A DNA stretch of 64,000 nucleotides, from contig CAVRNT010000002.1 in the NCBI GenBank assembly GCA_963722655.1, positions 71,461 through 135,460 of the forward strand, in the 5' to 3' direction. Under the pieces are notes generated by a model that saw only the letters and a list, made by a program, of their open reading frames with translations, ran no database searches and was not told where the DNA came from. Below are positions 32,589 through 41,377 of the stretch, piece by piece. Positions within the stretch are counted from its first letter, which is position 1. Every line of letters begins with the position of its first letter. The translations under genes were made by a program, and so were the position numbers. The stretch is from an uncultured bacterium (lineage in GTDB: Bacteria > Patescibacteriota > Minisyncoccia > UBA6257 > GWB1-50-10).

Positions 32589-34412
32589 ATGGAAAAGAAC
32601 ATAAGGAATTTTTGCATCATCGCGCACATCGATCACGGCAAGTCCACCTTGGCCGACCGGCTGCTTGAACTCACCGGTACGGTGGAGAAGCGGAAGATGC
32701 AGGCGCAATATCTGGACCAGCTGGAACTGGAAAGGGAGCGCGGCATCACTATTAAAATGGCTCCCGTCAGGATGTACTACGCCTCGGGCGGGAAGGAATA
32801 CATCTTAAACCTCATCGATACCCCGGGGCACTCGGACTTCGGCTACGAGGTCTCCCGCGCCCTCCAGGCCGTCGAGGGCGGCATCCTCCTCGTGGACGCG
32901 ACCCAGGGCATTCAGGCTCAGACCCTGGCCAACTTCCGCTCGGCCAAGGAGGCGGGTCTCGTCATCCTCGGGGCCGTGAACAAGGTGGACCTCTTCCCGA
33001 AGGACAGCCCGGAGGTCGGGAAGATCAGAATCGAGCTTGCGAAGCTCATCGGCGCGGAGCCGGAAAGGATAATGCTCGTCTCGGGCAAAACAGGCGAGGG
33101 TGTGAAAGAACTTTTGGACAATATCGTCACCCAGGTTCCGTCTCCGCATGAACGGCTTTCGGATTACGACCGGCGGTCCTCGGCGGCGCTCTCGCGCGCC
33201 CTCATCTTTGACTCATTCTATGACGACCACAAAGGCATAATCGCCTCCGTCCGCGTCTTCGATGGCCGCATCCGCAACCACGACGACTTCGTCCTCGCCG
33301 CGGTCAAGGCCTCCGGCAAGCTCAAGGAGATCGGCTTCTTCTCGCCGCAGCTGACCCCGGCCGATGAGATCGGCCCGGGGGAGATCGGCTATGTCGCGAC
33401 CGGCGTCAAAGACACGGCGCTCCTCAAGATAGGCGACACGCTCATAGCGAATCCGCCCCAAGGCCTGGACCCGAGGGCGGCGGCGCTCCACGGCTACAAC
33501 GAGCCTCACCCCGTCGTCTACGTCTCCTTCTATCCCGAGGAGGCGGGGGATTACGACCTCCTAAAGCGCAGTCTGCTCAAACTTCATCTGAACGATTCGG
33601 CTTTGAACATCGAGCCGGACCAGAACGAGGTCCTGGGCCGCGGCTTCAAGGTGGGCTTCTTGGGCCGCCTCCACTTCGAGATCACGGCCGAGCGCTTGAA
33701 GCGGGAGTTTAACGTCGGCACCGTCAGTACCTTTCCCTCGGTGCTCTACCGCGTGAAGACCAAGGATGGCTGGCGGACCATCGTGAAGCCGGAGGAACTG
33801 CCCGAGATCTACGAGGAGATCCAGGAGCCGATGGTGAACGTGACCATCCTCGTTCCGGCCTCGTCGCTCTCCGCCATCTTCCCGATATACGGCCGGTTCC
33901 AGTTGAAAGACGTTCAAACTTCCACTCTGGACGACCAAGCGAAGGTGGATGCGGTGATGCCCCTCGCCGAATTGATTTCCGATTTTGACGACCAGCTCAA
34001 ATCGCTCACCTCCGGCTTCGCTTCGATGTCCTACGAGCTCGCCGGCTACGAGAAGGCGGACGTCGTTCGGGTGGACATGGCCGTCGCGGGCGACAATATT
34101 CCTGGCCTCTCGCGCTTCTTCCCGCGCGTCACGGCGGAGACGGAGGGCCGGCGGATGGCCGAGAAGCTCAAGAACACGCTACCCCGCCAGCAGTTTTCCC
34201 AGGCGGTCCAAGCGAAGATCGGCGGCAAGATAATCGCGAGGGAGGACATCCCGGCCCTGCGCAAGGAGCTGGGTAACTTCGGCAAGAACGGCGGCGACCG
34301 GACGCGGAAGATGAAGCTCTGGGCCAAGCAGAAGCGGGGAAAGGAGAAGCTCCTCGCGAACGCCCGCGTCACCATCCCGCCCCAGCTTTTCAAAGAGCTA
34401 CTAAAGAAATAA
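32589..34412 (+). CDS. lepA: Elongation factor 4
   Basis: [37 protein letters not shown] and GFLGRLHFEI. Confidence 0.97.
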   Translation: MEKNIRNFCIIAHIDHGKSTLADRLLELTGTVEKRKMQAQYLDQLELERERGITIKMAPVRMYYASGGKEYILNLIDTPGHSDFGYEVSRALQAVEGGILLVDATQGIQAQTLANFRSAKEAGLVILGAVNKVDLFPKDSPEVGKIRIELAKLIGAEPERIMLVSGKTGEGVKELLDNIVTQVPSPHERLSDYDRRSSAALSRALIFDSFYDDHKGIIASVRVFDGRIRNHDDFVLAAVKASGKLKEIGFFSPQLTPADEIGPGEIGYVATGVKDTALLKIGDTLIANPPQGLDPRAAALHGYNEPHPVVYVSFYPEEAGDYDLLKRSLLKLHLNDSALNIEPDQNEVLGRGFKVGFLGRLHFEITAERLKREFNVGTVSTFPSVLYRVKTKDGWRTIVKPEELPEIYEEIQEPMVNVTILVPASSLSAIFPIYGRFQLKDVQTSTLDDQAKVDAVMPLAELISDFDDQLKSLTSGFASMSYELAGYEKADVVRVDMAVAGDNIPGLSRFFPRVTAETEGRRMAEKLKNTLPRQQFSQAVQAKIGGKIIAREDIPALRKELGNFGKNGGDRTRKMKLWAKQKRGKEKLLANARVTIPPQLFKELLKK

Positions 34413-34421
34413 AATACCTGT

Positions 34422-34733
34422 ATGCTACGCAACTGGCGGTGGATCGCTTTCGCTATCGTCGTCCTCATCCTCGGCTGGGGACTCGTGAGCCTGATCAGCA
34501 CCAATAATTCATACCAGTCGCAGGAAGCGGCACTTTCCTCCCAGCTCGCGGAGCTCCATGAGCAGAACATCTCGCTCCAAAATGAGCTAGATTCCCTCAA
34601 AAACCCCCAGAATCTCATCAACATCCTCAAGTCGCAGACGAACTACGTGGAGCAGGGCGAAAAACTCATCATCATCACGTCGCCGAATTCCACTTCCACG
34701 GCCACGTCTTCGGCGACGAGCACTGGCCAATAA
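34422..34733 (+). CDS. Septum formation initiator (FtsB/DivIC-like)
   Basis: TM helix plus leucine-zipper coiled coil, ending in NYVEQGEKLII. Confidence 0.7.
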   Translation: MLRNWRWIAFAIVVLILGWGLVSLISTNNSYQSQEAALSSQLAELHEQNISLQNELDSLKNPQNLINILKSQTNYVEQGEKLIIITSPNSTSTATSSATSTGQ

Positions 34734-34761
34734 CGCGGCATCGTTGTAATATCCAAATCAA

Positions 34762-34832
34762 GCGGAATTAGTACAGTGGTAGTACGCTTGCTTCCCAAGC
34801 AAGATGCACGGGTTCGATTCCCGTATTCCGCA
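34762..34832 (+). tRNA. tRNA-Gly(CCC)
   Basis: Acceptor stem GCGGAAT/ATTCCGC, anticodon arm CTTGC-TTCCCAA-GCAAG and T-loop GGTTCGATTCC. Confidence 0.95.
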
Positions 34833-34855
34833 CCCAAGATTGCCGGAATGGTAGA

Positions 34856-34883
34856 AAAAGCCCACCTTACGAGGTGGGCTTTT
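34856..34883. terminator. Bidirectional terminator
   Basis: AAAAGCCCACCT-TACG-AGGTGGGCTTTT between convergent genes. Confidence 0.85.
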
Positions 34884-34891
34884 GCATCAAT

Positions 34892-35551
34892 TTAACTACT
34901 CTCTGGAATTTTTGAAAAATCAGGTGCACCGCAACTTTTTAAGTCACTAAGAGTTAATGGTTGATTGTCTTTAGCGCGTTCGGCCATTATCGGGCAGGGT
35001 AGTGTGAGTGGCGCTGGTCTCATGCCTGCTGCGAATTGATCTGTTACTAGTCCGTCCCTGTATTCAAAGTGAGGATAGTCCCCAGCTCCACCGTTGCTTA
35101 GACCGCAATATGCGCCTATCGCTATTAGTTTCTGCCAATTGATGTCATAGCCCCTCCATTTATCGACGACGTCCACCGCAAAACCGTAATTGTGCAGACT
35201 GTGCCCCGGCTCCGCTTCGGTAACAATATGTCCGTCTTCTAATCTCCCTTGATCGTATATCTGTTGCTGCTCCGCCACGCTCCTAAAACCAGCGGTAATG
35301 CGCAATGTGTATCCGTACACCGCGGCGGTGGGGATAAAGCAGTTGTTTACTTGGTTGATAAAATTAGGATCTAATCCAGCTGGGACCGGAACCGCTCTAG
35401 CTATAGGAACAATAAAATGTCGCACCAGTAACACTAGGCTGGCGGCCGCAAATAATAAATCTATGGCGATGATCCAGCGACGCACTTCAGGTTCCATTGT
35501 ATCGAATTCTGGCTCATCATAACTTGTCCATGAAAAAAAATCTAATGTCAT
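34892..35551 (-). CDS. M15-family peptidoglycan peptidase (CwlK/Ply500-like L-Ala-D-Glu peptidase) with an N-terminal TM helix
   Basis: GFRSVAEQ..IYDQGR, SLHNYGFAVD and DYPHFE. Confidence 0.88.
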   Translation of the reverse strand: MTLDFFSWTSYDEPEFDTMEPEVRRWIIAIDLLFAAASLVLLVRHFIVPIARAVPVPAGLDPNFINQVNNCFIPTAAVYGYTLRITAGFRSVAEQQQIYDQGRLEDGHIVTEAEPGHSLHNYGFAVDVVDKWRGYDINWQKLIAIGAYCGLSNGGAGDYPHFEYRDGLVTDQFAAGMRPAPLTLPCPIMAERAKDNQPLTLSDLKSCGAPDFSKIPESS

Positions 35552-35700
35552 CCACCCAAGGCAGGACGCGCTGATGTGCTCGAGATTGCCTCATTAGCAA
35601 CACAATGCCAGCCTTAAGACTGAAAAAAAATCCTCGAGGCAATTTATCCGTTTTCCACAGGTCGGACTGAAACGATTATTCTATACTTAGAATCGTTTCA

Positions 35701-36255
35701 ATGAATACCTTGGTCCCCAAGCGGATGTTCTTCACGAAAGGCGTCGGACGCCACAAGGAGCAGCTGCAGTCGTTCGAGATGGCACTGCGGGATGCCGGCA
35801 TCGCCGAATACAACTTGGTGATGGTGAGCTCCATCTTCCCGCCGAACTGCAAACGGGTCTCAAAAGATGACGGCAAGAAGCTCCTGAATCCCGGCCAGGT
35901 CGTTTTCTGCGTCATGGCCCGGAATGCCACGAACGAGCCGAACCGGCTTGTCGTTTCGTCCATCGGATTGGCTCAGCCCAGCGACCCGAACCAGTACGGC
36001 TACCTCTCCGAGCACCATTCCTTCGGCGAGACGGAGGAAAAGGCGGGGGAATACGCCGAGGACCTGGCGGCCACGATGCTCGCGACCACCCTGGGACTGG
36101 AATTCGACTCCAACGCCGCCTGGGATGAGCGGGAGGAGGTTTACAAGGCCTCCGGGAAGATCTTTAAGACCACAAACATCACCCAGTCGGCCGAGGGCCA
36201 CAAGGACGGCCTTTGGACGACCGTGGTCGCCGCCGCCGTTCTCATTTTCGAGTGA
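35701..36255 (+). CDS. pdaD: Pyruvoyl-dependent arginine decarboxylase
   Basis: [25 protein letters not shown] (S-S self-cleavage site), YGYLSEHH and WTTVVAAAV. Confidence 0.93.
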   Translation: MNTLVPKRMFFTKGVGRHKEQLQSFEMALRDAGIAEYNLVMVSSIFPPNCKRVSKDDGKKLLNPGQVVFCVMARNATNEPNRLVVSSIGLAQPSDPNQYGYLSEHHSFGETEEKAGEYAEDLAATMLATTLGLEFDSNAAWDEREEVYKASGKIFKTTNITQSAEGHKDGLWTTVVAAAVLIFE

Positions 36256-36285
36256 CCGGGCATAAAAGCTAATGGAACCAGCCCA

Positions 36286-38772
36286 TTGTCAATCAATGGG
36301 CATCGTGATATAATTCAAATAATGGAAATGCTTAAGGGAAATTCTGGGGAGGTGTTTGAACCACCCAAGAACGAGGGAGAGCAAAAGCCGGAGCAGGAGA
36401 AGCCGGCGGAGAGCCAGCCGCTTAAAACGGCTGCGGAGGTCGCGACCGGAGAAAAGAAGCCGGAAAAACCGGCCGAGGCTGGGCTGGAGCCGAAAGCAGA
36501 GGAGTTGAGCGACGAGCAAAAAGAGAAGAAGTTAGAAAAGTCTCCGGAAGCGACGGAAGTGAAAAAAGAGATAGACGCGATGCCTCGCGAAGAAAAAATG
36601 GGACTGTGGCGCGGCATCAAAAGCGCCGGCTTTTATGCGATGAAGGGTAAAAGCAGTTTCTTCGCCGGTACTTTCGAAAAACTCGGCGGAAAATCCGATT
36701 CTCAAAAGACACTCTCGCGTTTCATGTCCGGCCTGGCTGAAACTTACCGCCGTGACGAAAAGAGTGCCGACAAAAAACTCGAGGATGCCCGGAAAGGTAA
36801 GACTCATATTTGGATCAGTTCCGGATCCCTGTTCGGCAATCTCATTAAATACGGCCGCATTGTCGGCGACGTTGCCAGTTGGACGGCTTCAATGCCGCTC
36901 CGCTATGCGATGCTCGGCAGCGCCGGATTTGCGCGCATATCCGAATCGGCTAAAGAGGCGCGGTTCAAGAACGAGGAATTAATGGATAAGACCCGCATCC
37001 AGGATGCCGACCAAGCGTCGGAAGAGGCGTGGAAGATATATGAAAAGGCCAAAGAGAAAAACGGCGGCCAACCGGTGAAAAGCGAGGATCTACAAAAGGC
37101 TTACAACAAGGAACTTCCGGCCGACCTTTTGGAACGGCTCCAAAAGCCGTCGCTCACCGAGAAGGTCGGGATGGCCAACCGCGTTGTCCAGAACGTCGCC
37201 AAGTGGAACATAGAACGCTCGGCCGAGAAGATCCAGAAGAAATTGGACGAGATCCAATTCAATAAAGACCTAAGCAAATCCCAAAAGGCGGCCGGGCAGA
37301 AGAAAATAATGGACAAATACGAACGGCGCCTCAAGGACTGGGACCGTGCGGTCACCCAGTATGGCACGGTCGACGCCTTGGCGATGGGGGCACGCTACGC
37401 CGAACTCGCCGGCAAGACCGCGGTCATCGCAATGACAGCGGAAACCTTGGCCTCGGGCATCGAGCATATACCGAAGGTAATCCACAATATCGCCAATCTT
37501 TTGAGCAAATCCGACCTTAGTCATGTTGTCGAAACGACAGCCATCGGCCATATCACTGGTAATCCGGAGATTCATCCGGACATATCGGCCATGCACGGCA
37601 CAGCGCCGCACGAATTCGCCACGGCTCAAGCCGACCGCCTTGCTCAACCAATGCTGGGACATCGGCCAATGCCGGCATACCTCAGCTCTACCACACCACA
37701 CGAAGCAGCTATGGGTATGACACCGCACGAAGCGGCACCGGAAATACCGCGTGGCGCGCCCGTACCGGTGCCGGAAGCATTCGTAAACCCGGAATATTCA
37801 GCGGTCATACCCAAAAACGGTTCCACTTGGGAGGCAGCCAAGTCCATCGGTTTGAACGACAAAGAGTTCGCGGCGGCCTGGAGCAATCCAGAATCGGTTG
37901 TCCACACCGCCCAAGGCGTCGTCCATATCTCTGAGGCTAATGTAGTCCACCCGGGCGACATTGCAAATTACATCCCGGGGAAGAACGGCGGCGTCGGCCA
38001 TTTTGATATCTTCCCGGCAAGTGGCCAGCATATTGGCACGGGTGCAGTTTTGGAGCATGTCGCGCCGCTGAAACCGCTCGATATGAGCGCGCCGCAAGGA
38101 CCGTCGCCCTTAACGCAAGAAGCCTTCGGCAATCCGCCACCGGCCGGCCACGAGAACGTAATGGGCTATCCCGACCATCCGCCGGTCATCCCGACGCACC
38201 CCGACCATCCGCCGGGGAACCCGGTTTGGGAGTTCAACAACCAGCCGACCACACCGGAGCACGCTGCGATTCCTCCGCATCCGGAGGCAACCCAAGCTTT
38301 CGTTCATCCGCCGGAAACCCCAAAGTCGATGCCGAACATCGACCAAGCTATTCACAATGTGGAGATAAATTCAGCCGTGGAGAACGTCCCGATGCACACG
38401 AATGATATGATCGGTGATGCGCACATCGGCTATGACAGTGCCGGCCAATTGACCCTGGATACCGGAAACGTCACCCTGTTCAACGAACAGTCGGCGTACG
38501 AAAACCTATCTAAGAACTATGCTGCGGCGCTCAAAGAGCTCACTGCCAATAACCATATGGACTTCCAAAACGCAGTGGACAACGTGAAGAGTAGTGCTCG
38601 ACAGATCTTCAAGGCCATCCACATTTACGGCAACTTGCGCGGCAACACCAGCACGAAACCTGAAATGCTAACCGCTCTCAAAGAGATGATCACGAACGAG
38701 ATCGGCCGGATGACCAAGATCTACGGTCCCGACATCATCGACAAATCCAAGCTCGCCGAATTCTTGAAATAG
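36286..38772 (+). CDS. Large hypothetical protein with a charged N-terminus and Pro/His-rich C-terminal half
   Basis: 828-aa ORF with no recognisable catalytic motif; the start is probably near 36321. Confidence 0.75.
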   Translation: MSINGHRDIIQIMEMLKGNSGEVFEPPKNEGEQKPEQEKPAESQPLKTAAEVATGEKKPEKPAEAGLEPKAEELSDEQKEKKLEKSPEATEVKKEIDAMPREEKMGLWRGIKSAGFYAMKGKSSFFAGTFEKLGGKSDSQKTLSRFMSGLAETYRRDEKSADKKLEDARKGKTHIWISSGSLFGNLIKYGRIVGDVASWTASMPLRYAMLGSAGFARISESAKEARFKNEELMDKTRIQDADQASEEAWKIYEKAKEKNGGQPVKSEDLQKAYNKELPADLLERLQKPSLTEKVGMANRVVQNVAKWNIERSAEKIQKKLDEIQFNKDLSKSQKAAGQKKIMDKYERRLKDWDRAVTQYGTVDALAMGARYAELAGKTAVIAMTAETLASGIEHIPKVIHNIANLLSKSDLSHVVETTAIGHITGNPEIHPDISAMHGTAPHEFATAQADRLAQPMLGHRPMPAYLSSTTPHEAAMGMTPHEAAPEIPRGAPVPVPEAFVNPEYSAVIPKNGSTWEAAKSIGLNDKEFAAAWSNPESVVHTAQGVVHISEANVVHPGDIANYIPGKNGGVGHFDIFPASGQHIGTGAVLEHVAPLKPLDMSAPQGPSPLTQEAFGNPPPAGHENVMGYPDHPPVIPTHPDHPPGNPVWEFNNQPTTPEHAAIPPHPEATQAFVHPPETPKSMPNIDQAIHNVEINSAVENVPMHTNDMIGDAHIGYDSAGQLTLDTGNVTLFNEQSAYENLSKNYAAALKELTANNHMDFQNAVDNVKSSARQIFKAIHIYGNLRGNTSTKPEMLTALKEMITNEIGRMTKIYGPDIIDKSKLAEFLK

Positions 38773-38785
38773 AGGCACGGGTAAT

Positions 38786-38838
38786 CTAAACTCCTTTCGT
38801 AACCCTTAGGCAGGAGAACTAAGGGAATTTACGTGTAT
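38786..38838 (+). promoter_or_regulatory. Hairpin leader shared with uvrA
   Basis: CTAAACTC...CCCTTAG-GCAGGAGAA-CTAAGGG...ATTT...TGTAT. Confidence 0.6.
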
Positions 38839-40824
38839 ATGAACACTTTCAAGCTCGAATCCAAAAACCGGCCCAGTGGAGACCAACCGAGGGCGATAGA
38901 GAAGCTCGTCGTGGGCCTCAAGAAGGATTACCGCTACCAGACGCTCATGGGTGTCACGGGTTCCGGCAAGACCTTCACGATGGCGAACGTGATTGAGAAG
39001 GTCGGTAAGCCGACCTTGGTCATCGCCCATAACAAGACCCTGGCCGCCCAGCTCACGAACGAGTTTCGCGAGCTTTTTCCTCATAGCTCGGTAAACTATT
39101 TTGTCTCTTACTACGACTATTACCAGCCGGAGGCCTATATGCCTTCATCCGACACCTACATCGAGAAAGAGGCAATGGTGAACGACGAGATCGACAAGCT
39201 CCGCCACGCGGCGACGACCGCACTTTTAACCCGCAAGGACGTCATCGTCGTCGCCTCCGTCTCGTGCATCTACGGTTTGGGAGCGCCGGAGGTCTACGCC
39301 GAGAACATCTTCCACCTGAAACCCGGCGACAAAGTTAAGCGCGACGCATTCATCCGCAAGCTCGTGGAGCTCCAGTTCAACCGTACGACCGCCGACCTCA
39401 CCCGCGCCACCTTCCGCGTCCGCGGCGACAACTGGGAGATAATGCCGCCCGATAGAGAGATCATCTATAACTTCGCCATCAAGAACGGCGCGATCGAGAA
39501 AATCTACGAGGTAAATCCGGTAGAAGGTTTCCGCCCGGGGATCACGCCAACCCTGGACGAGATCTACGTCGCCCCGGCCAAGCACTTCATCACCCCGCCC
39601 GAAGACCGCGCCCGGGCCGTGAAGGAAATAGAAGCGGAGCTCAAGGCGCGCCTCAAGGTCTTTGAGAAGGAGAAGAAGTTCCTGGAGGCCGAACGTCTGG
39701 AGCGTCGGACCAAGGCCGACATCGCGATGATGCGCGAGGTGGGTTACTGCCACGGCATCGAGAACTATTCCCGCATCCTCTCCGGCCGCGGTGCCGGCGA
39801 GCCGCCCGAAACCCTCTTGGACTATTTCCAAGGGGAGTTCCTCACCATCATCGACGAGTCCCACGTCACGGTTCCGCAGATCCAGGGAATGTACGAAGGC
39901 GACGCCTCGCGCAAAAAGACGCTCATCGAGTACGGTTTCCGTTTGCCCAGCGCGGCCGACAACCGCCCTTTGCGCTTCCATGAGTTCACCGAAAGGACGG
40001 GGCAGACGATCTTCACTTCGGCCACGCCCGCCGAGTTCGAGAAGAAGGTGAGCGCCCAAATCGTTGAGCAGATCATCCGCCCGACGGGGCTCGTGGACCC
40101 GAAGATAACGATGCGCCCGGTGCGCGGCCAGATTGATGACCTCATCCCACGAATCGAGGACCGGGTGAAGAAAAGTGAACGGGTGCTCGTGACAACCCTG
40201 ACCAAAAAGATGGCTGAAGACCTGAGTGCCTATCTCGAAGAACGGAAGATAAAAGTGACCTACCTCCACAGCGACGTGGAAACGTTAGACCGCATCAAGA
40301 TATTGACCAACCTCCGCCGGGGCTCGGCCAAGGGTGGTTTCGACGTTCTCGTGGGCGTGAACTTGCTCCGGGAGGGGTTGGACCTACCGGAGGTCTCGCT
40401 CGTCGCGATCCTCGACGCCGACAAAGAGGGCTTCCTTCGGAGCGAAACGGCCCTCATCCAGACGATCGGTCGAGCGGCCCGCAACGTCGAGGGCGAGGTC
40501 TTGATCTACGCCGACAACATCACCGGCTCCATCAAGCGGGCGGTGGGGGAGACGGAGCGCCGCCGCGAGATCCAAATTGCGTATAACAAAGAGCACGGCA
40601 TCACGCCCAAGACCATCGTGAGGGAGATCAAAGACATCCTGCCGACCGAGGAGATATTGAAACTGGAGACCAAGCCGCTCCCGAAATCCAAAAAGTCGCT
40701 TGAAACGCTCGTCAAAGAGAAGCAGAAGGAGATGAAGGAGGCGGCGGAGAAGCTGGACTTCGAGCTCGCCGCCATACTGCGGGACGAGATTATCGCTTTA
40801 AATAAAAAGTTGAAAGCGAAATAA
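38833..40824 (+). CDS. uvrB: Excinuclease ABC subunit B
   Basis: GVTGSGKT, HNKTLAAQL, FVSYYDYYQPEAY, IDESH, GFRLPSA and C-terminal UVR domain LDFELAAILRD. Likely ATG at 38839. Confidence 0.99.
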   Translation: MYMNTFKLESKNRPSGDQPRAIEKLVVGLKKDYRYQTLMGVTGSGKTFTMANVIEKVGKPTLVIAHNKTLAAQLTNEFRELFPHSSVNYFVSYYDYYQPEAYMPSSDTYIEKEAMVNDEIDKLRHAATTALLTRKDVIVVASVSCIYGLGAPEVYAENIFHLKPGDKVKRDAFIRKLVELQFNRTTADLTRATFRVRGDNWEIMPPDREIIYNFAIKNGAIEKIYEVNPVEGFRPGITPTLDEIYVAPAKHFITPPEDRARAVKEIEAELKARLKVFEKEKKFLEAERLERRTKADIAMMREVGYCHGIENYSRILSGRGAGEPPETLLDYFQGEFLTIIDESHVTVPQIQGMYEGDASRKKTLIEYGFRLPSAADNRPLRFHEFTERTGQTIFTSATPAEFEKKVSAQIVEQIIRPTGLVDPKITMRPVRGQIDDLIPRIEDRVKKSERVLVTTLTKKMAEDLSAYLEERKIKVTYLHSDVETLDRIKILTNLRRGSAKGGFDVLVGVNLLREGLDLPEVSLVAILDADKEGFLRSETALIQTIGRAARNVEGEVLIYADNITGSIKRAVGETERRREIQIAYNKEHGITPKTIVREIKDILPTEEILKLETKPLPKSKKSLETLVKEKQKEMKEAAEKLDFELAAILRDEIIALNKKLKAK

Positions 40825-40865
40825 ACTGGACGCTCTTGTCCAGCCATTGTTGTTGTAATTTTTAC

Positions 40866-40894
40866 TGCACCCATTCCCAAAATGGGGCGTATTA
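40866..40894 (+). promoter_or_regulatory. Putative ECF-sigma promoter motif (copy 1)
   Basis: TGCACC-N16-CGTATTA upstream of raiA. Confidence 0.55.
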
Positions 40895-40900
40895 AACTTT

Positions 40901-41269
40901 ATGAAGATACACTTGGAATGCAACGGTTTCGCCCTCACGCCGGCCATCAAGGAGCATGTGGAGCGGAAAATCGGCTCCTTGAGCAAGCCCTTGAAGCGCT
41001 TTGAAGCGAACGGGGAGCTCTTGGCCCTAGTGGAAGTGGGCCGGACGACCCATCACCACAGAAAAGGCGATATCTTCCGCACCGTCATCAACATCATCGG
41101 GCTACCGGGAAGGGTATTCCGGGCCGAAAACCGCAGTACGAACCTCATCGCCGCCGTGGACGGATTGAAAAACCGGCTCTGGGACGACCTCGTAAAATAT
41201 AAGAAAAAGCTGGTCAAACAATCCAAGCACGGCTACCGGTGGATAGGGAAGCGGTTCAAGATAGGGTAG
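40901..41269 (+). CDS. raiA: Ribosome hibernation factor (HPF/RaiA family)
   Basis: LTPAIKEHVERKI, VEVGRTTHHHRKGDIFR and NLIAAVD. Confidence 0.85.
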   Translation: MKIHLECNGFALTPAIKEHVERKIGSLSKPLKRFEANGELLALVEVGRTTHHHRKGDIFRTVINIIGLPGRVFRAENRSTNLIAAVDGLKNRLWDDLVKYKKKLVKQSKHGYRWIGKRFKIG

Positions 41270-41325
41270 CACTCCGGAGGAGGTTCAAAACCTCCTCACG
41301 TTATTGAAATCCGGCGGGCTTTATA

Positions 41326-41377
41326 CTAAACTCGCCTCATACCCCCTTAGGAAGGAGAACCGAGGGGACATTTCTGT
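41326..41377 (+). promoter_or_regulatory. Hairpin leader shared with uvrB
   Basis: CTAAACTC...CCCCTTAG-GAAGGAGAA-CCGAGGGG...ATTTCTGT, preceded by TATACT. Confidence 0.6.

Noticed and set aside
34840-34855. TTGCCGGAATGGTAGA as a second tRNA fragment
   Set aside because: It is too short and has no accompanying arms.
38773-41377. LexA/SOS boxes before the uvr genes
   Set aside because: No convincing CTGT-N8-ACAG or GAAC-N4-GTTC palindrome is present in either leader.
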